Shown here one piece after another: positions 1 through 9,195 of a stretch of 24,407 nucleotides of DNA (its first letter is position 1; every line of letters starts with the position of its first letter). Below the pieces are notes generated by a model. That model worked only from the letters and a program-made list of their open reading frames with translations, was not told where the DNA came from and did no database searches. Origin of the DNA: an uncultured bacterium (GTDB lineage Bacteria; Abyssobacteria; SURF-5); NCBI GenBank assembly GCA_964510165.1, contig CAZEBC010000003.1:1-24407 (forward strand). The letters run 5' to 3'. The translations under genes were made by a program, and so were the position numbers.

Positions 1-3
1 TAA

Positions 4-59
4 TTGTAGGGGCGCCCCTATGTGGGCGCCCGGGCGGCCACGCAGGGCCGCCCCTACAA
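4..59 (+). repeat. GTAG-type REP doublet (REPIN-like), copy 1
   Basis: Perfect 11-bp terminal inverted repeat TTGTAGGGGCG (4-14) / CGCCCCTACAA (49-59). Two inverted units, GTAGGGGCGCCCCTATGTGGGCGCCC (6-31) and revcomp GTAGGGGCGGCCCTGCGTGGCCGCCC (32-57), each an internal hairpin. Near-identical copy at 7546-7594. Confidence 0.85.
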
Positions 60-82
60 GCGAGAGTTTTTCCAGAGGAGGA

Positions 83-1222
83 ATGTCAGGAGAGATGCGG
101 ACTACGAAAGCAGTACTTGCCATTCTGTTAGGCACACTGGTCATTGGAGGTTGCGCCGGCCGGCCCGCACGCGAACCGCGTGACGTTCAATCCCTCATCA
201 TGGCAGACCGTCACCCAACCATACTGGTGTGCCCCATCGACACGATGACGGATGACGAGGGAGTGATTTTCCTCAGCCTCTGCCTGGCGCCCCAAATGCG
301 TCGCGACCTGTTCTGCGTTCAAGAAATCAGCGTGATCCCGGGCGCGGACACCAGCGTTCCTGTCAAGGCGTATTTTCTGAACGAACAAGGAATCGCGAGG
401 CTGGGCCGCGCGCACGGGGCGGACATGGTGGTTTTGGGCATGATGCGCCGCGAAGAGGACCGGGTGGCGGTTGACTTGCAAGTTTACGACATCAAGGCTG
501 GCATTTTCCTGCTCAAGGCGGCGGTGGTCGAGAAGCCGACGAACATATTCAAGCTGGAGCGCAAGCTCGTCTATCAGGTGATTGACTGCCTGGGTATCCA
601 TTTGACCGATGAAGAGGAGGAGAGGCTCGAATCCTCGCGACCCAGAAAACTGGCGGCCGCGGTTGAATACGGCAGAGGGTTAAGAAGCGAACAAAAGGAA
701 GACTTGAATGAAGCGCTCATGGCCTACGACAGCGCCGTATTCGCCGATGATGATTTGGCGGTTCCCTACGCGGACGAGGCGCGAATCTATCACAAGTATA
801 ATGCGCCGCTCAGGGCGATGGAGTCATACGAGAATGCGATCGCGCGCGACAGATACTTCGCCGAGGCATGGTATCATCTGAACCTGTACGCGGCTGAATA
901 CAAGAACGACAACGAGGCGGCGGTCAAATACTGCAAGCAGGCCGTCGAGATCGCGCCCCGCTTCGGGAAGGCGCGGCTGAGCCTGGGCGCGAGGCTCTAC
1001 GCGCTTGGAGACCTGGAGGGCGCCATAGAGGAAGCCCGTCTCGCGGTCTCGCTTCTCCCCACAAGTGCGCTCGCCAGGTACAACCTGGGCATCTTTTACG
1101 CCCGCTCCGGCGACTCTGAACAAGCTCGCACGTGGTTCAACCAGGCCCTCACGCTCGACCCCGCGTTCGAGTATGCCCGCGAGGAATTACGCAAGCTGGA
1201 TGAAGCGGCGACGGTAAGATGA
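83..1222 (+). CDS. Putative lipoprotein with TolB-N/CsgG-like domain and C-terminal tetratricopeptide repeats
   Basis: Signal peptide with lipobox-like ...LVIGG-C; GRAHGADMVVLG-type alpha/beta segment; TPR motifs (AEAWYHL, ARLSLGARLYALGDLEGA, ARYNLG...A..WFNQAL.LDP). Start moved from 20 (inside the REP) to ATG 83; ATG 95 is an alternative. Confidence 0.8.
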   Translation: MSGEMRTTKAVLAILLGTLVIGGCAGRPAREPRDVQSLIMADRHPTILVCPIDTMTDDEGVIFLSLCLAPQMRRDLFCVQEISVIPGADTSVPVKAYFLNEQGIARLGRAHGADMVVLGMMRREEDRVAVDLQVYDIKAGIFLLKAAVVEKPTNIFKLERKLVYQVIDCLGIHLTDEEEERLESSRPRKLAAAVEYGRGLRSEQKEDLNEALMAYDSAVFADDDLAVPYADEARIYHKYNAPLRAMESYENAIARDRYFAEAWYHLNLYAAEYKNDNEAAVKYCKQAVEIAPRFGKARLSLGARLYALGDLEGAIEEARLAVSLLPTSALARYNLGIFYARSGDSEQARTWFNQALTLDPAFEYAREELRKLDEAATVR

Positions 1223-1226
1223 CGCC

Positions 1227-1258
1227 TGTACCGGCGACGACGCGGGGTCGCCCGTACA
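1227..1258. terminator. GC-rich hairpin between convergent genes (terminator or single REP-like unit)
   Basis: TGTACCGGCGAC (1227-1238) / GTCGCCCGTACA (1247-1258), 11 of 12 pairs, 8-nt loop, between stops at 1222 (+) and 1272 (-). No U-tract. Confidence 0.55.
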
Positions 1259-1271
1259 ACTGCGAAGCCCC

Positions 1272-2960
1272 TCACTCGAATGTGAATTCCACCCACGGGC
1301 TCCAGCAACGGGGTTTGGTGTCGGGAGACACTCGAGCTCGCCAGGGGTTGCGGACGCAGAGCGAACTCCAAATCTCCCGCGAATAAGGGCCAAAGTTGCG
1401 GCTATTGCCGAATGTTGAGAAGGAGCCGGTGAGCCGGTGTATTCCGGCGCCGACCTCGTACTCGACGACGTAGCTTGCGGATGGGCTGCCGGTCCAAGCC
1501 GCCCGAATTATCCCGTTTCGCTCCGAGAAGCGGAGCACCGCTCCGTCGTAGGGAAAGATCATTTCGGGACAGAGTTCGCCCTGACCGGTGACTGTGCGGA
1601 TCGATGCTCCGGCCTCGATCATCTGTCTTCTCATGGTGTTTTCGCTGTTCCACTCATCGAGCCAGGCTTTCAGTTGAGCGGCTGTTTCGGGCATATCGGC
1701 GTACACGTTGTGGAATTCGTTGGGGTCCAGCAGGAGGTCGAACAGTTGGTAAGACTTCCCCGACGGAGAATCGGTTTCGATGAGTTTCCAGGCGTCGGTC
1801 CGCACGCATCTGATGCGGGTCTCGGCCATCTCGAGGGTGGCCTGAAAGCCGCCGTAGACCGTTTCCGCGAACACGGGCAGGCTCGATTCATTTTCCTTGG
1901 CGAGGTCGAGAGATACGGGCGCCAAGCTTCTTCCCTGCACGCCGGGCGGGACGTCGATGCCGACGATATCGAGGAGCGTGGGCATGATATCGGTCTGCTG
2001 CACCTGCTCCTTGATCTCGACGCCGCCCGGAAGCACGCCGGGCAGGCTCATGATGAGCGGTATCCTGATCACTTCGTCATACATGGTAGCCGCGTGCATG
2101 GTCGAAGCGTGTCCGACAAACCCGTGGTCCATCAATTCTTCGCCATGGTCGGCGGTAATCACGATGAGCGTCTTCCTGATTAAGTCGTGTTTTCGCAACC
2201 TGGCATAAAGACGACCGACAAAGGCATCGAATTCTCTGACCTCTCCGTCATACAGGTCCTCGATGATGGGGCGGTCGGCCGCTTCGAATGTGACGGTTCC
2301 GAGGGGAACGACGGCCGCATCGGAAAGCACCGCCTTCACCCCCGGCGAAAGCCGCTCCTCGTCTTGATCCTGCGAAAGAAAGGTTGAGCGGGAAGGATGT
2401 CTGGGGCGATAAGGAAGATGCACGTGCCGGTAGTGATACCAAAGGAAAAACTTGGAACCGGCATTCTCATCCAGCCATCGGAATACTTCCTCGCCTTCCT
2501 GTCCCGCGAAATAGCGTTCCTCGATGGGGCCGACCCGAATGGTGGAGAACTCCGGAAACGTCAGCACGAAGCAGAGGTTTGGCGTTGCATAACCCGCCTC
2601 TCTGAACGAATCGAAAATGGTGGTGACTGCGAGATTGAGCGTTGAGCCGCGCCGGTCCACCTGATGAACCGGCGGCTGGAGCGAGGTGAGGACAGACATA
2701 AGGCCGGGAATCGTCCAGACGCTCTGGCTGTACGCCCGCCGGAATATCTGGCCCGTCGCAGCGATGGTATCGATATTGGGACTGGTCATCTTGCGGTAGC
2801 CGTAACAACCAAGATGGTCGGGGCGTAATGAATCGACTGTAAGGAGAATGACGTTTATGTCTTTTGCTCTGCGTCGGGTGAACGGCGAGGTATTGATCAG
2901 AAAGAGGACGGACGCCAGGACGATTATTACGGCGGTTCTGGCGGCGGTGCGCAGTTTCAT
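1272..2960 (-). CDS. Sulfatase-like hydrolase/transferase (alkaline phosphatase superfamily), N-terminal membrane anchor, C-terminal beta domain
   Basis: NVILLTVDSLRPDHLGCYGY, SQSVWTIPG (Thr at nucleophile position), HLPY, YDGEV, TADHGEE, LMDHGFVGH, RIPLI, DIMPTLL, LFDL..DPNE. Confidence 0.9.
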   Translation of the reverse strand: MKLRTAARTAVIIVLASVLFLINTSPFTRRRAKDINVILLTVDSLRPDHLGCYGYRKMTSPNIDTIAATGQIFRRAYSQSVWTIPGLMSVLTSLQPPVHQVDRRGSTLNLAVTTIFDSFREAGYATPNLCFVLTFPEFSTIRVGPIEERYFAGQEGEEVFRWLDENAGSKFFLWYHYRHVHLPYRPRHPSRSTFLSQDQDEERLSPGVKAVLSDAAVVPLGTVTFEAADRPIIEDLYDGEVREFDAFVGRLYARLRKHDLIRKTLIVITADHGEELMDHGFVGHASTMHAATMYDEVIRIPLIMSLPGVLPGGVEIKEQVQQTDIMPTLLDIVGIDVPPGVQGRSLAPVSLDLAKENESSLPVFAETVYGGFQATLEMAETRIRCVRTDAWKLIETDSPSGKSYQLFDLLLDPNEFHNVYADMPETAAQLKAWLDEWNSENTMRRQMIEAGASIRTVTGQGELCPEMIFPYDGAVLRFSERNGIIRAAWTGSPSASYVVEYEVGAGIHRLTGSFSTFGNSRNFGPYSREIWSSLCVRNPWRARVSPDTKPRCWSPWVEFTFE

Positions 2961-3547
2961 CTATCTCCTTTACCCGCACCGAGAGGGAAGGCATTTGACC
3001 TTCGAAGCAGTGATGCGAGCAGAAGCCCAAGGGCCGAGGCGATTATATTCATTGTGACGTCTCTCATCTCGAAGTGTCGGTTGGGCAGAAGATATTGAAT
3101 CGCTTCGTCAGCAATCCCGAAAACGGATGAAAGCAGAAAACCCAGCGCATACGACTTCACGGCGCTGAGGTCGATCCGAAAAGCCCGCCAGCAGAGATAA
3201 GCGAGAAACCCGTACTCCATCAAGTGCAGCCGTTCCGCTGGGAATCGGGTGCGGTGCAAAAGATACAGGTACAACAATGCGAGGAGGGCTATCCCGACAT
3301 ATCGCAGCGCTCCGAATTCTCGCCGACGCCGAATAAGGTAAACGACTATCCCGACACCGATCAGCAGGAAGACCACATAGCCCAAGGCATCGAAGGCCCG
3401 CCCGAAGTGTTGCCTTCCGGCTCGCCACAAGGACGGAGTGAGAGGAAGCGACAGGGTGATCAAGGCCATCATCAAAAATACCGATGACCATGCCTTCGGC
3501 CGTCTGCCGAAACTCTGGCCCGCCTTTCCCTTGCCGTTGGGATTCAA
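2957..3547 (-). CDS. VanZ-like family membrane protein
   Basis: About 5 hydrophobic helices; ERLHLMEYGFL and GIADEAIQYLLPNRHFEMRDV..N match the VanZ pattern. TTG start overlaps the upstream stop (TTGA) and its stop overlaps the downstream ATG (ATGA). Confidence 0.8.
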   Translation of the reverse strand: MNPNGKGKAGQSFGRRPKAWSSVFLMMALITLSLPLTPSLWRAGRQHFGRAFDALGYVVFLLIGVGIVVYLIRRRREFGALRYVGIALLALLYLYLLHRTRFPAERLHLMEYGFLAYLCWRAFRIDLSAVKSYALGFLLSSVFGIADEAIQYLLPNRHFEMRDVTMNIIASALGLLLASLLRRSNAFPLGAGKGDR

Positions 3548-6500
3548 TACCTCAAAATCTCTCTGATCACCTGCTTGCTGTTTTGCTCTTTTTCGAGACG
3601 GATGACGAAGACGTTGACGCCGGAGGACAGAGGGAACCGGTCGGAAAACGAATCATTACGCCCGACCTTCAACTCGCGGCCGTTCACCTCCACCCTCGTG
3701 CCGCGCTCGACCGCCCCGAATATTCTCACGTCTTGCGAATCAGTGTAACTTGTCTCTGGCGGGTCCGTCAATACCAGGGCAAGAGGCCTCGCTCGCATGG
3801 AGATGGTTTCCTTGATCACTTCTTCCCGCACCTTTTCGATGTGGCCGGGCTCGCGAATGAAGTGAGAAAGAAGCGCGGGATACCCAACGCCAGAGCGCAG
3901 GGCCTCATCAGTTAAGAGGCTGCGACAGATCTCGGAGGTTCGCACCGAGGCCGCCTGGCCGAGCCACCCTGCCTCGAGTTCGTCTTGGACGGACGATATG
4001 GCGCGGCGCATGAGAAGGAGGAGTTCCTGGTCCTCGAGTCCCTCGCGCAGCAATTCAAGCCTGATGGACGGGTTCGGCCCCGAAACGCCGGGGTAGAGAA
4101 GCGTGCCCTCGCCGTTGCCGAAGTATGGGATGAAGGGCTGGTCGAACGGCTGAACCCAAAACGCCGCCTCCCAGTGGAGGAATCCGCTGATCCCGGATAG
4201 TTCCTGCAGCCAAGGCATTATTCGAAATGCCGCCGGGTCATCCTCGATATGCAAGGTTGGGAAGGGCCGTATGGCGCCTGCGGTGTACCACCAGACATCA
4301 TCGCCCGCCCTCAACCGGTCGGCGACTTTTTCGAAATACATGGTGCGGTCCGCAAACCCGCGCGGAATGCCCTCGGGAAGGAAGCTCATGAGGACGCACC
4401 AGATATCAACGGAGCCGATGAGCGGCTGGTCGGGGAAACAGCTTACTAGGAATCGCGGCGACGGTTTTGCCTCATGAATCCGCTTTCCGGTTTCGATGAC
4501 GGGCTGGTACTGATGGTAAGTTGGCTCATCGATGAAATAGACGTAGAGCTTATCGAGCCATCCGCCCTCTCTGGCGAGCCGGACAACCTCCGCGAACCGA
4601 GCGTCGCCGGGCGGAAACGGAATGCGCAAGCCCGACACGCGGATATCCTTCAGGTAGGCCGCCGTCTGAGCGGATTCTATTGGAACGGGAGGCTGATATG
4701 GGGAAAGCCTGTGGTCAACAACGAACCAGTAGTAAGAGTCCATCATGTCCCTGTAGGATTTTGACCCCCGTTCCAATTCATAATGCCTGGATATAAGGTC
4801 GTAGTTGAGCCCGACAACGGCGGGCTTGGACGGCCTCGAGGGCAGTGTGAGAGGGACGACCTGTAATCTAAGCGGGAACTCCTCCAAGGTCGCGCCTCGG
4901 CGCCTGACCTTCACACAAGAAGAAAGAGGACCCTCAAAGTTGCTCTCGGGGACATGGATATCGAGCCAGAAGCGAGCGAGCTTTCCCGGCTCCGCGGTGA
5001 AATGCTCCGCTCGTTTCAACATGTTCGGGTAGTTCCCGAGCTTATCAGCCGCGAGAGCGGTAGAGATTGGCGTATCGATCTGTTCGTATATTGTGGCTTT
5101 GATCTCTTGTGTCGAGCCGTCTCCGGAAACAAAAGGCTCGATGCTGATGCTCAGCCCTTCAAGTTCATGCTGTGAAGAAATGGCGAGTTGAACACATTCA
5201 TGCTCATTACGCGTCGATACGAGGTCGATGGGCGGAGCGCGAAAATCGGACCGCTCACCACTTGAGAGTCGCCGCGTGCTGTCAGCCCAGCTTACACGGA
5301 GAACAGGCGAGGCACAGACGGCCTTTTGGGGAGCAGTGCGGATGACCGTTTGCAGGATCTCCTCGAGCGCCTGCTCGATCGTGATCAGGCCCGCGTCCAG
5401 CTTCTCGACAGTCCGAGAGACGGCGGGCAGCGCCCTGGCGCTGTTCGAATGAAGAGAGAGTGAGCGCGCATTGGTCGCCGCGGTTGCGAGTTGGGAATAG
5501 AGAGCCGTGTCCGACGCCGCTGCCGTCAATTGAGCCTGGGCAGGTTTGTAGGGCGAGACGAAAAGCAGGGCGTTCGCCAATCGGGAGTACGTCTCGGGCG
5601 AAAAGAAGAATTCAAGAAATTGCAGCGTCTCGTTATTATTGTCGGCGGAGCGGGGAACGACGAACACGTGACCGCTTGCGAGGCAAGTGAGCGAGGATGA
5701 GTCGGAGGGCGGCGTCGCCACGCCGAGCGGTTCGGACGCCTTTTCACGCAAATATGCAAGCATTGTTACGTTGTCCAACTGGAACAGGACCTTGCCGCCG
5801 GCCACATCTTTGAACTCGGGCGCCCAGAATTTGTGATGCGGCGGCAGCAGGCGCGCCTCTCTCAGTTTCGCGATGAGCTGGAGTATTTGCCGAAGCTTCG
5901 GCGCCATAGATTGCGGCTCGTCTGTGAAGAGGTCTACGCCTCGTTGGACGCAGAGTATCTCGAAGGCAATGGCGGTTGAGCGCAGGCTCAGGACCCAGTT
6001 TTCATCCGCTGCCGGGGGTTGATTCGGCGCCAGTTTGAACAACTCGTTCCATCTGCCGGGCGTTTTGTCGAGGCCGGCCTTTGAGAGAAGGCGGGGATTG
6101 TATATGAGCACGTATGGATTGACATATGCGGGCAAGCCGTAAAGCTTGCCGTCATACGTGCAGTGACTCTTAGCGCTGTCCAGAAGATTATTGATCTTGA
6201 GCTGTTCCGAATTGTTCAGGTATTCATCGAGCGGCTGGATGAGGCCGGCGTCGGCCAGCATCGGTATCGCTTCATGCTCGACGAGAGCAATATCGGGGGA
6301 ATTGGCGGGATCAAGTGAGAGCAGTTCGGCAACGGTTCCGCTCGCGGGTCCCATCATCACGGCCGTGACCGAGGTCCCGTCGCGCGCACAATTGAAGGTC
6401 TCGATGATGGAATCCAGCATTTCCCGCCGGGTTCCGGTCCATTGATGCCAGAGCCGCAGCTCAGTCCGGGGAGGGGAATCCTGGGTGGCGGAAACGAATC

Positions 6501-6606
6501 CAGGTTGTAATAAGAAAGAAACAAAGAACCACAAGATGATGCATCGTGTGAATCTTGCGAGTTTGCCGGAGACCGGAGACATGTCGTGCACGGGGAGCGA
6601 TTTCAT
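3544..6606 (-). CDS. Extracellular sugar solute-binding protein fused to GH123/DUF4091-like glycoside hydrolase and C-terminal Ig-like domain
   Basis: Signal peptide; family-1 SBP motifs ([35 protein letters not shown]); then [50 protein letters not shown] (DUF4091-like); C-terminal [12 protein letters not shown] beta sandwich. One uninterrupted 1020-aa ORF. Confidence 0.75.
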   Translation of the reverse strand: MKSLPVHDMSPVSGKLARFTRCIILWFFVSFLLQPGFVSATQDSPPRTELRLWHQWTGTRREMLDSIIETFNCARDGTSVTAVMMGPASGTVAELLSLDPANSPDIALVEHEAIPMLADAGLIQPLDEYLNNSEQLKINNLLDSAKSHCTYDGKLYGLPAYVNPYVLIYNPRLLSKAGLDKTPGRWNELFKLAPNQPPAADENWVLSLRSTAIAFEILCVQRGVDLFTDEPQSMAPKLRQILQLIAKLREARLLPPHHKFWAPEFKDVAGGKVLFQLDNVTMLAYLREKASEPLGVATPPSDSSSLTCLASGHVFVVPRSADNNNETLQFLEFFFSPETYSRLANALLFVSPYKPAQAQLTAAASDTALYSQLATAATNARSLSLHSNSARALPAVSRTVEKLDAGLITIEQALEEILQTVIRTAPQKAVCASPVLRVSWADSTRRLSSGERSDFRAPPIDLVSTRNEHECVQLAISSQHELEGLSISIEPFVSGDGSTQEIKATIYEQIDTPISTALAADKLGNYPNMLKRAEHFTAEPGKLARFWLDIHVPESNFEGPLSSCVKVRRRGATLEEFPLRLQVVPLTLPSRPSKPAVVGLNYDLISRHYELERGSKSYRDMMDSYYWFVVDHRLSPYQPPVPIESAQTAAYLKDIRVSGLRIPFPPGDARFAEVVRLAREGGWLDKLYVYFIDEPTYHQYQPVIETGKRIHEAKPSPRFLVSCFPDQPLIGSVDIWCVLMSFLPEGIPRGFADRTMYFEKVADRLRAGDDVWWYTAGAIRPFPTLHIEDDPAAFRIMPWLQELSGISGFLHWEAAFWVQPFDQPFIPYFGNGEGTLLYPGVSGPNPSIRLELLREGLEDQELLLLMRRAISSVQDELEAGWLGQAASVRTSEICRSLLTDEALRSGVGYPALLSHFIREPGHIEKVREEVIKETISMRARPLALVLTDPPETSYTDSQDVRIFGAVERGTRVEVNGRELKVGRNDSFSDRFPLSSGVNVFVIRLEKEQNSKQVIREILRY

Positions 6607-7130
6607 TTTGGCTTCGAGGCCAGTACGTCCTCGAAGGCCTTCTTATCAGATTCTCCGAACAATGCGAAGATGATATGGTTGATGCTGCGTCCCTTTTCTT
6701 CCAGATGCTGCCGGGCGAGCTCGAGCATGATCTCAGCGCACCGCTTGATGGGAAAGCCGCCGACGCCGGTACCGATTGCAGGAAACGCGATCGAGGATAT
6801 CCCGGCTTCCTCTCCCCTGAGGAGGCTGTTTTTGACCGAATCCCGAAGCGAGCGTTCCGACACCGGCTCGTCACCCATGCTGGCGGCATGAATCACATGC
6901 TTCGCGGGCAGGTTGCCGGCGCCGGTGATTGCGGCCTCGCCGATCTTAATCGGACCAATCCGATTGCACTCCTCCTGGATGCTGGGGCCTCCTTTCTTCC
7001 GGATCGCTCCGGCGACTCCGGCGCCGAGAATGAGATGATTGTTGGCCGCATTTACGATGGCGTCGACTTCGAGCGATGTTATGTCTGCCTGCAGAATCTC
7101 GACTGTCCCATTCCCCACTTTGACTATCAC
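6603..7130 (-). CDS. Macro domain protein (MacroD/YmdB-type ADP-ribose-derivative hydrolase)
   Basis: [56 protein letters not shown] start with GGAGG SD. Confidence 0.93.
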   Translation of the reverse strand: MIVKVGNGTVEILQADITSLEVDAIVNAANNHLILGAGVAGAIRKKGGPSIQEECNRIGPIKIGEAAITGAGNLPAKHVIHAASMGDEPVSERSLRDSVKNSLLRGEEAGISSIAFPAIGTGVGGFPIKRCAEIMLELARQHLEEKGRSINHIIFALFGESDKKAFEDVLASKPK

Positions 7131-7167
7131 GGCGGCGCCTCCATTCTTGTCGTCGCCCTTGGAAATC

Positions 7168-7515
7168 CTAGCAGGTCAGGTGAAGCGCGGCGACAACGCG
7201 CCTGCCCTGCTTCTGCAATTCATTAAACCTGTCACAGGCCTTGCTTGTCGGCTCGGCCACAATCTGCACGTTTGACTTGCTGAGCGCCTCGAACACCTTC
7301 GGGTCCACGGACATCCGACCCGAGGCGCCTTTTCCGATGACCAGGATTTCGGGCGGATCGGAAAGCACGTCGGACAGGTCTTCCACCTGGAGCCTGTGCC
7401 CTTCTTTGCGCCACCAACCCGATTCTATTTTGTGGGGATATATGATAAGGTCGCTTTCGAAAGTCTGACCATCGACCGTAATAGAGCCGAAAGAGTATTT
7501 CTTGATCTCGTTCAT
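7168..7515 (-). CDS. Mth938-like (DUF498/AAMDC) domain protein
   Basis: [49 protein letters not shown]-terminus. Strong SD AAGGAGGT before ATG 7515. Confidence 0.9.
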   Translation of the reverse strand: MNEIKKYSFGSITVDGQTFESDLIIYPHKIESGWWRKEGHRLQVEDLSDVLSDPPEILVIGKGASGRMSVDPKVFEALSKSNVQIVAEPTSKACDRFNELQKQGRRVVAALHLTC

Positions 7516-7545
7516 CTCAAACACCTCCTTGGAGACTCTTCCGTC

Positions 7546-7594
7546 GCAGGGGCCCTGCGTGGCCGCCCGGGCGCCCACATAGGGGCACCCCTAC
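7546..7594 (-). repeat. GTAG-type REP doublet (REPIN-like), copy 2
   Basis: Minus strand GTAGGGGTGCCCCTATGTGGGCGCCCGGGCGGCCACGCAGGGCCCCTGC equals 6-57 apart from two substitutions and one 3-nt deletion. Lies between rtcB and the Mth938-like gene. Confidence 0.85.
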
Positions 7595-7616
7595 GATTGA
7601 GGGACAACCGCCCTGC

Positions 7617-9065
7617 TCAGCCCTTGATCACGCCGAGCGGCCTCAAGCGCGCCACGCGAAGGCTGACACCGACTTCATGCATGACTTCAACCACGGCGTT
7701 AACGTCCTTATAGGCCTCCGACATTTCCTCGGCGAGCGTTTCTCTGCCGTGGGCCATGACGATTATATCCTTCTCTTCGAGTTCGCGCTTGATCGAGCGT
7801 CCCTTGCCCCTCTTGATGGCCTGCGAGCGGCTGAGGACTCTTCCCGCGCCGTGACACGTGGAGCCGAAGGTCTTTTCCATAGCGCCGGGAGCCCCCACGA
7901 GCAGGTATGAGGCCCTGCCCATGTCTCCCGGAATGAGGACGGGCTGTCCGATTTCCTGATAATCCGGCGGGACATCGGGATGTCCGGGCGGAAACGCCCT
8001 GGTTGCGCCCTTTCTGTGCACCCACAGCATCTTTTCATTGCCGTTGACCGAATGCTTCTCGTATTTGGCCATATTGTGGCTGACGTCGTATATCAGGTCC
8101 ATCCCGAGTTCCTTCGGGCTCATGTCAAATACCTGCTCGAACGATTGTCGGGCAAGGTGCATGATCACCTGACGGTTCGTCCAGGCATAATTGGCGGCGG
8201 CTGCCATCGCGGCCACATAGTTTCGGCCTTCCTCCGATTCGGCGGGCGCACATGCAAGCTGTCTGTCGGGAAGCTCGATCTTGTATTTCTGTATTGCGTG
8301 GCCCATGACTTTCAGGTAATCGTCGCATATCTGGTGGCCGAAACCGCGCGAGCCGCAATGGATGAGGACCGTCACGCTTCCTTCCTCGATTCCGAAGACG
8401 CGCGCGGCTTCCGGATGAAAGATGGTGTCCACCACGCCGACTTCGAGGAAATGGTTGCCAGAGCCGAGCGTGCCCACTTGTGCCTGCCCGCGTTCTATGG
8501 CGTGCTCACTCACCATGTCGGGATCGGCAAAATCGAGACGGCCCATCTGCTCTGTGTGCTCAATGTCTTCCGGGACTCCGAATCCGCGCTCCAGCGCCCA
8601 GCGCGGCCCCTTCTTGGCAAGCTTTTTCAGTTCGGATGGTGAAATCTTTTCGATGCCGCCCTTGGCGCCCACTCCGGTCGGGATCGTGTGGAACAAAGTC
8701 GCGACGAGATCCCTGAGTTTGGGGCGGACATCCTGAACTTTAAGGTTTGTCCTGATCATGCGGACGCCGCAGTTGATGTCGTAGCCGACGCCGCCCGGCG
8801 ATATGACACCGCCCTGCTCGGGGTCGAACGCGGCGACTCCGCCGATGGGGAACCCGTAGCCCCAATGGATGTCGGGCATTGCCAGTGAGTACTTCACGAT
8901 TCCGGGCAAAGTCGCGACGTTGGCGGCTTGTTCGGGGCTCTTGTCCTGGGTTATATCCTTGAGCAATGCCTCGCTCGCGAATATTCTGGCGGGCACCCGC
9001 ATCGGTCCGGTCTTGGGTATTTCATACAAGTAGTCGCCGATCTTGTTGAGTTTTATGTCGATCAT
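7617..9065 (-). CDS. rtcB: RtcB family 3'-phosphate/5'-hydroxyl RNA ligase (long, archease-associated type)
   Basis: Catalytic motifs all present: MPDIHWGYGFPIGGV, GYDINCGVR, GTLGSGNHFLE, HCGSRGFGH, DVSHN, HRKGATR, STCHGAGR, C-terminal IKG. 482 aa, no intein. Confidence 0.97.
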   Translation of the reverse strand: MIDIKLNKIGDYLYEIPKTGPMRVPARIFASEALLKDITQDKSPEQAANVATLPGIVKYSLAMPDIHWGYGFPIGGVAAFDPEQGGVISPGGVGYDINCGVRMIRTNLKVQDVRPKLRDLVATLFHTIPTGVGAKGGIEKISPSELKKLAKKGPRWALERGFGVPEDIEHTEQMGRLDFADPDMVSEHAIERGQAQVGTLGSGNHFLEVGVVDTIFHPEAARVFGIEEGSVTVLIHCGSRGFGHQICDDYLKVMGHAIQKYKIELPDRQLACAPAESEEGRNYVAAMAAAANYAWTNRQVIMHLARQSFEQVFDMSPKELGMDLIYDVSHNMAKYEKHSVNGNEKMLWVHRKGATRAFPPGHPDVPPDYQEIGQPVLIPGDMGRASYLLVGAPGAMEKTFGSTCHGAGRVLSRSQAIKRGKGRSIKRELEEKDIIVMAHGRETLAEEMSEAYKDVNAVVEVMHEVGVSLRVARLRPLGVIKG

Positions 9066-9092
9066 TTCATGATCACCCGCCTTCCGGGGAGT

Positions 9093-9104
9093 ATGTTACC
9101 ACAC
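9093..9104 (-). promoter_or_regulatory. Possible extended -10 internal promoter for rtcB
   Basis: Minus strand GTGTGG-TAACAT (TGn + -10 hexamer) about 28 nt before the rtcB ATG; no recognisable -35. Confidence 0.4.
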
Positions 9105-9116
9105 GTTTCGCTCAGT

Positions 9117-9167
9117 CCGGATTCTTGCTCCCCGATCAGGTCGAGGACAAGTTTCGCGGGGATGACA
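9117..9167 (-). repeat. GTCAT-type palindromic repeat (REP-like) with inserted inner hairpin
   Basis: Minus strand TGTCATCCCCGCGAAA-CTTGTCCTCGACCTGATCGGGGA-GCAAGAATCCGG resembles the GTCATTCCCGCGAAAGCGGGAATCC repeat pattern, with an inner TCCTCGA..TCGGGGA stem. Only one copy in the window. Confidence 0.55.
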
Positions 9168-9195
9168 AAAAGGCTGACGCGGGAAGGCAACATGC

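Noticed and set aside
20-82. N-terminal extension of ORF 20..1222 (and likewise 7516-7578 of the Mth938-like ORF)
   Set aside because: Both upstream ATGs lie inside the REP doublet; downstream starts have SD-like sequences and give sensible N-termini.
4-7594. Inverted REP copies as the ends of a 7.6-kb composite transposon
   Set aside because: No transposase or target-site duplication is visible, and the boundary would split the rtcB-Mth938 linkage.
7617-9065. Intein or intron in rtcB
   Set aside because: The ORF has normal length and all motifs are contiguous.
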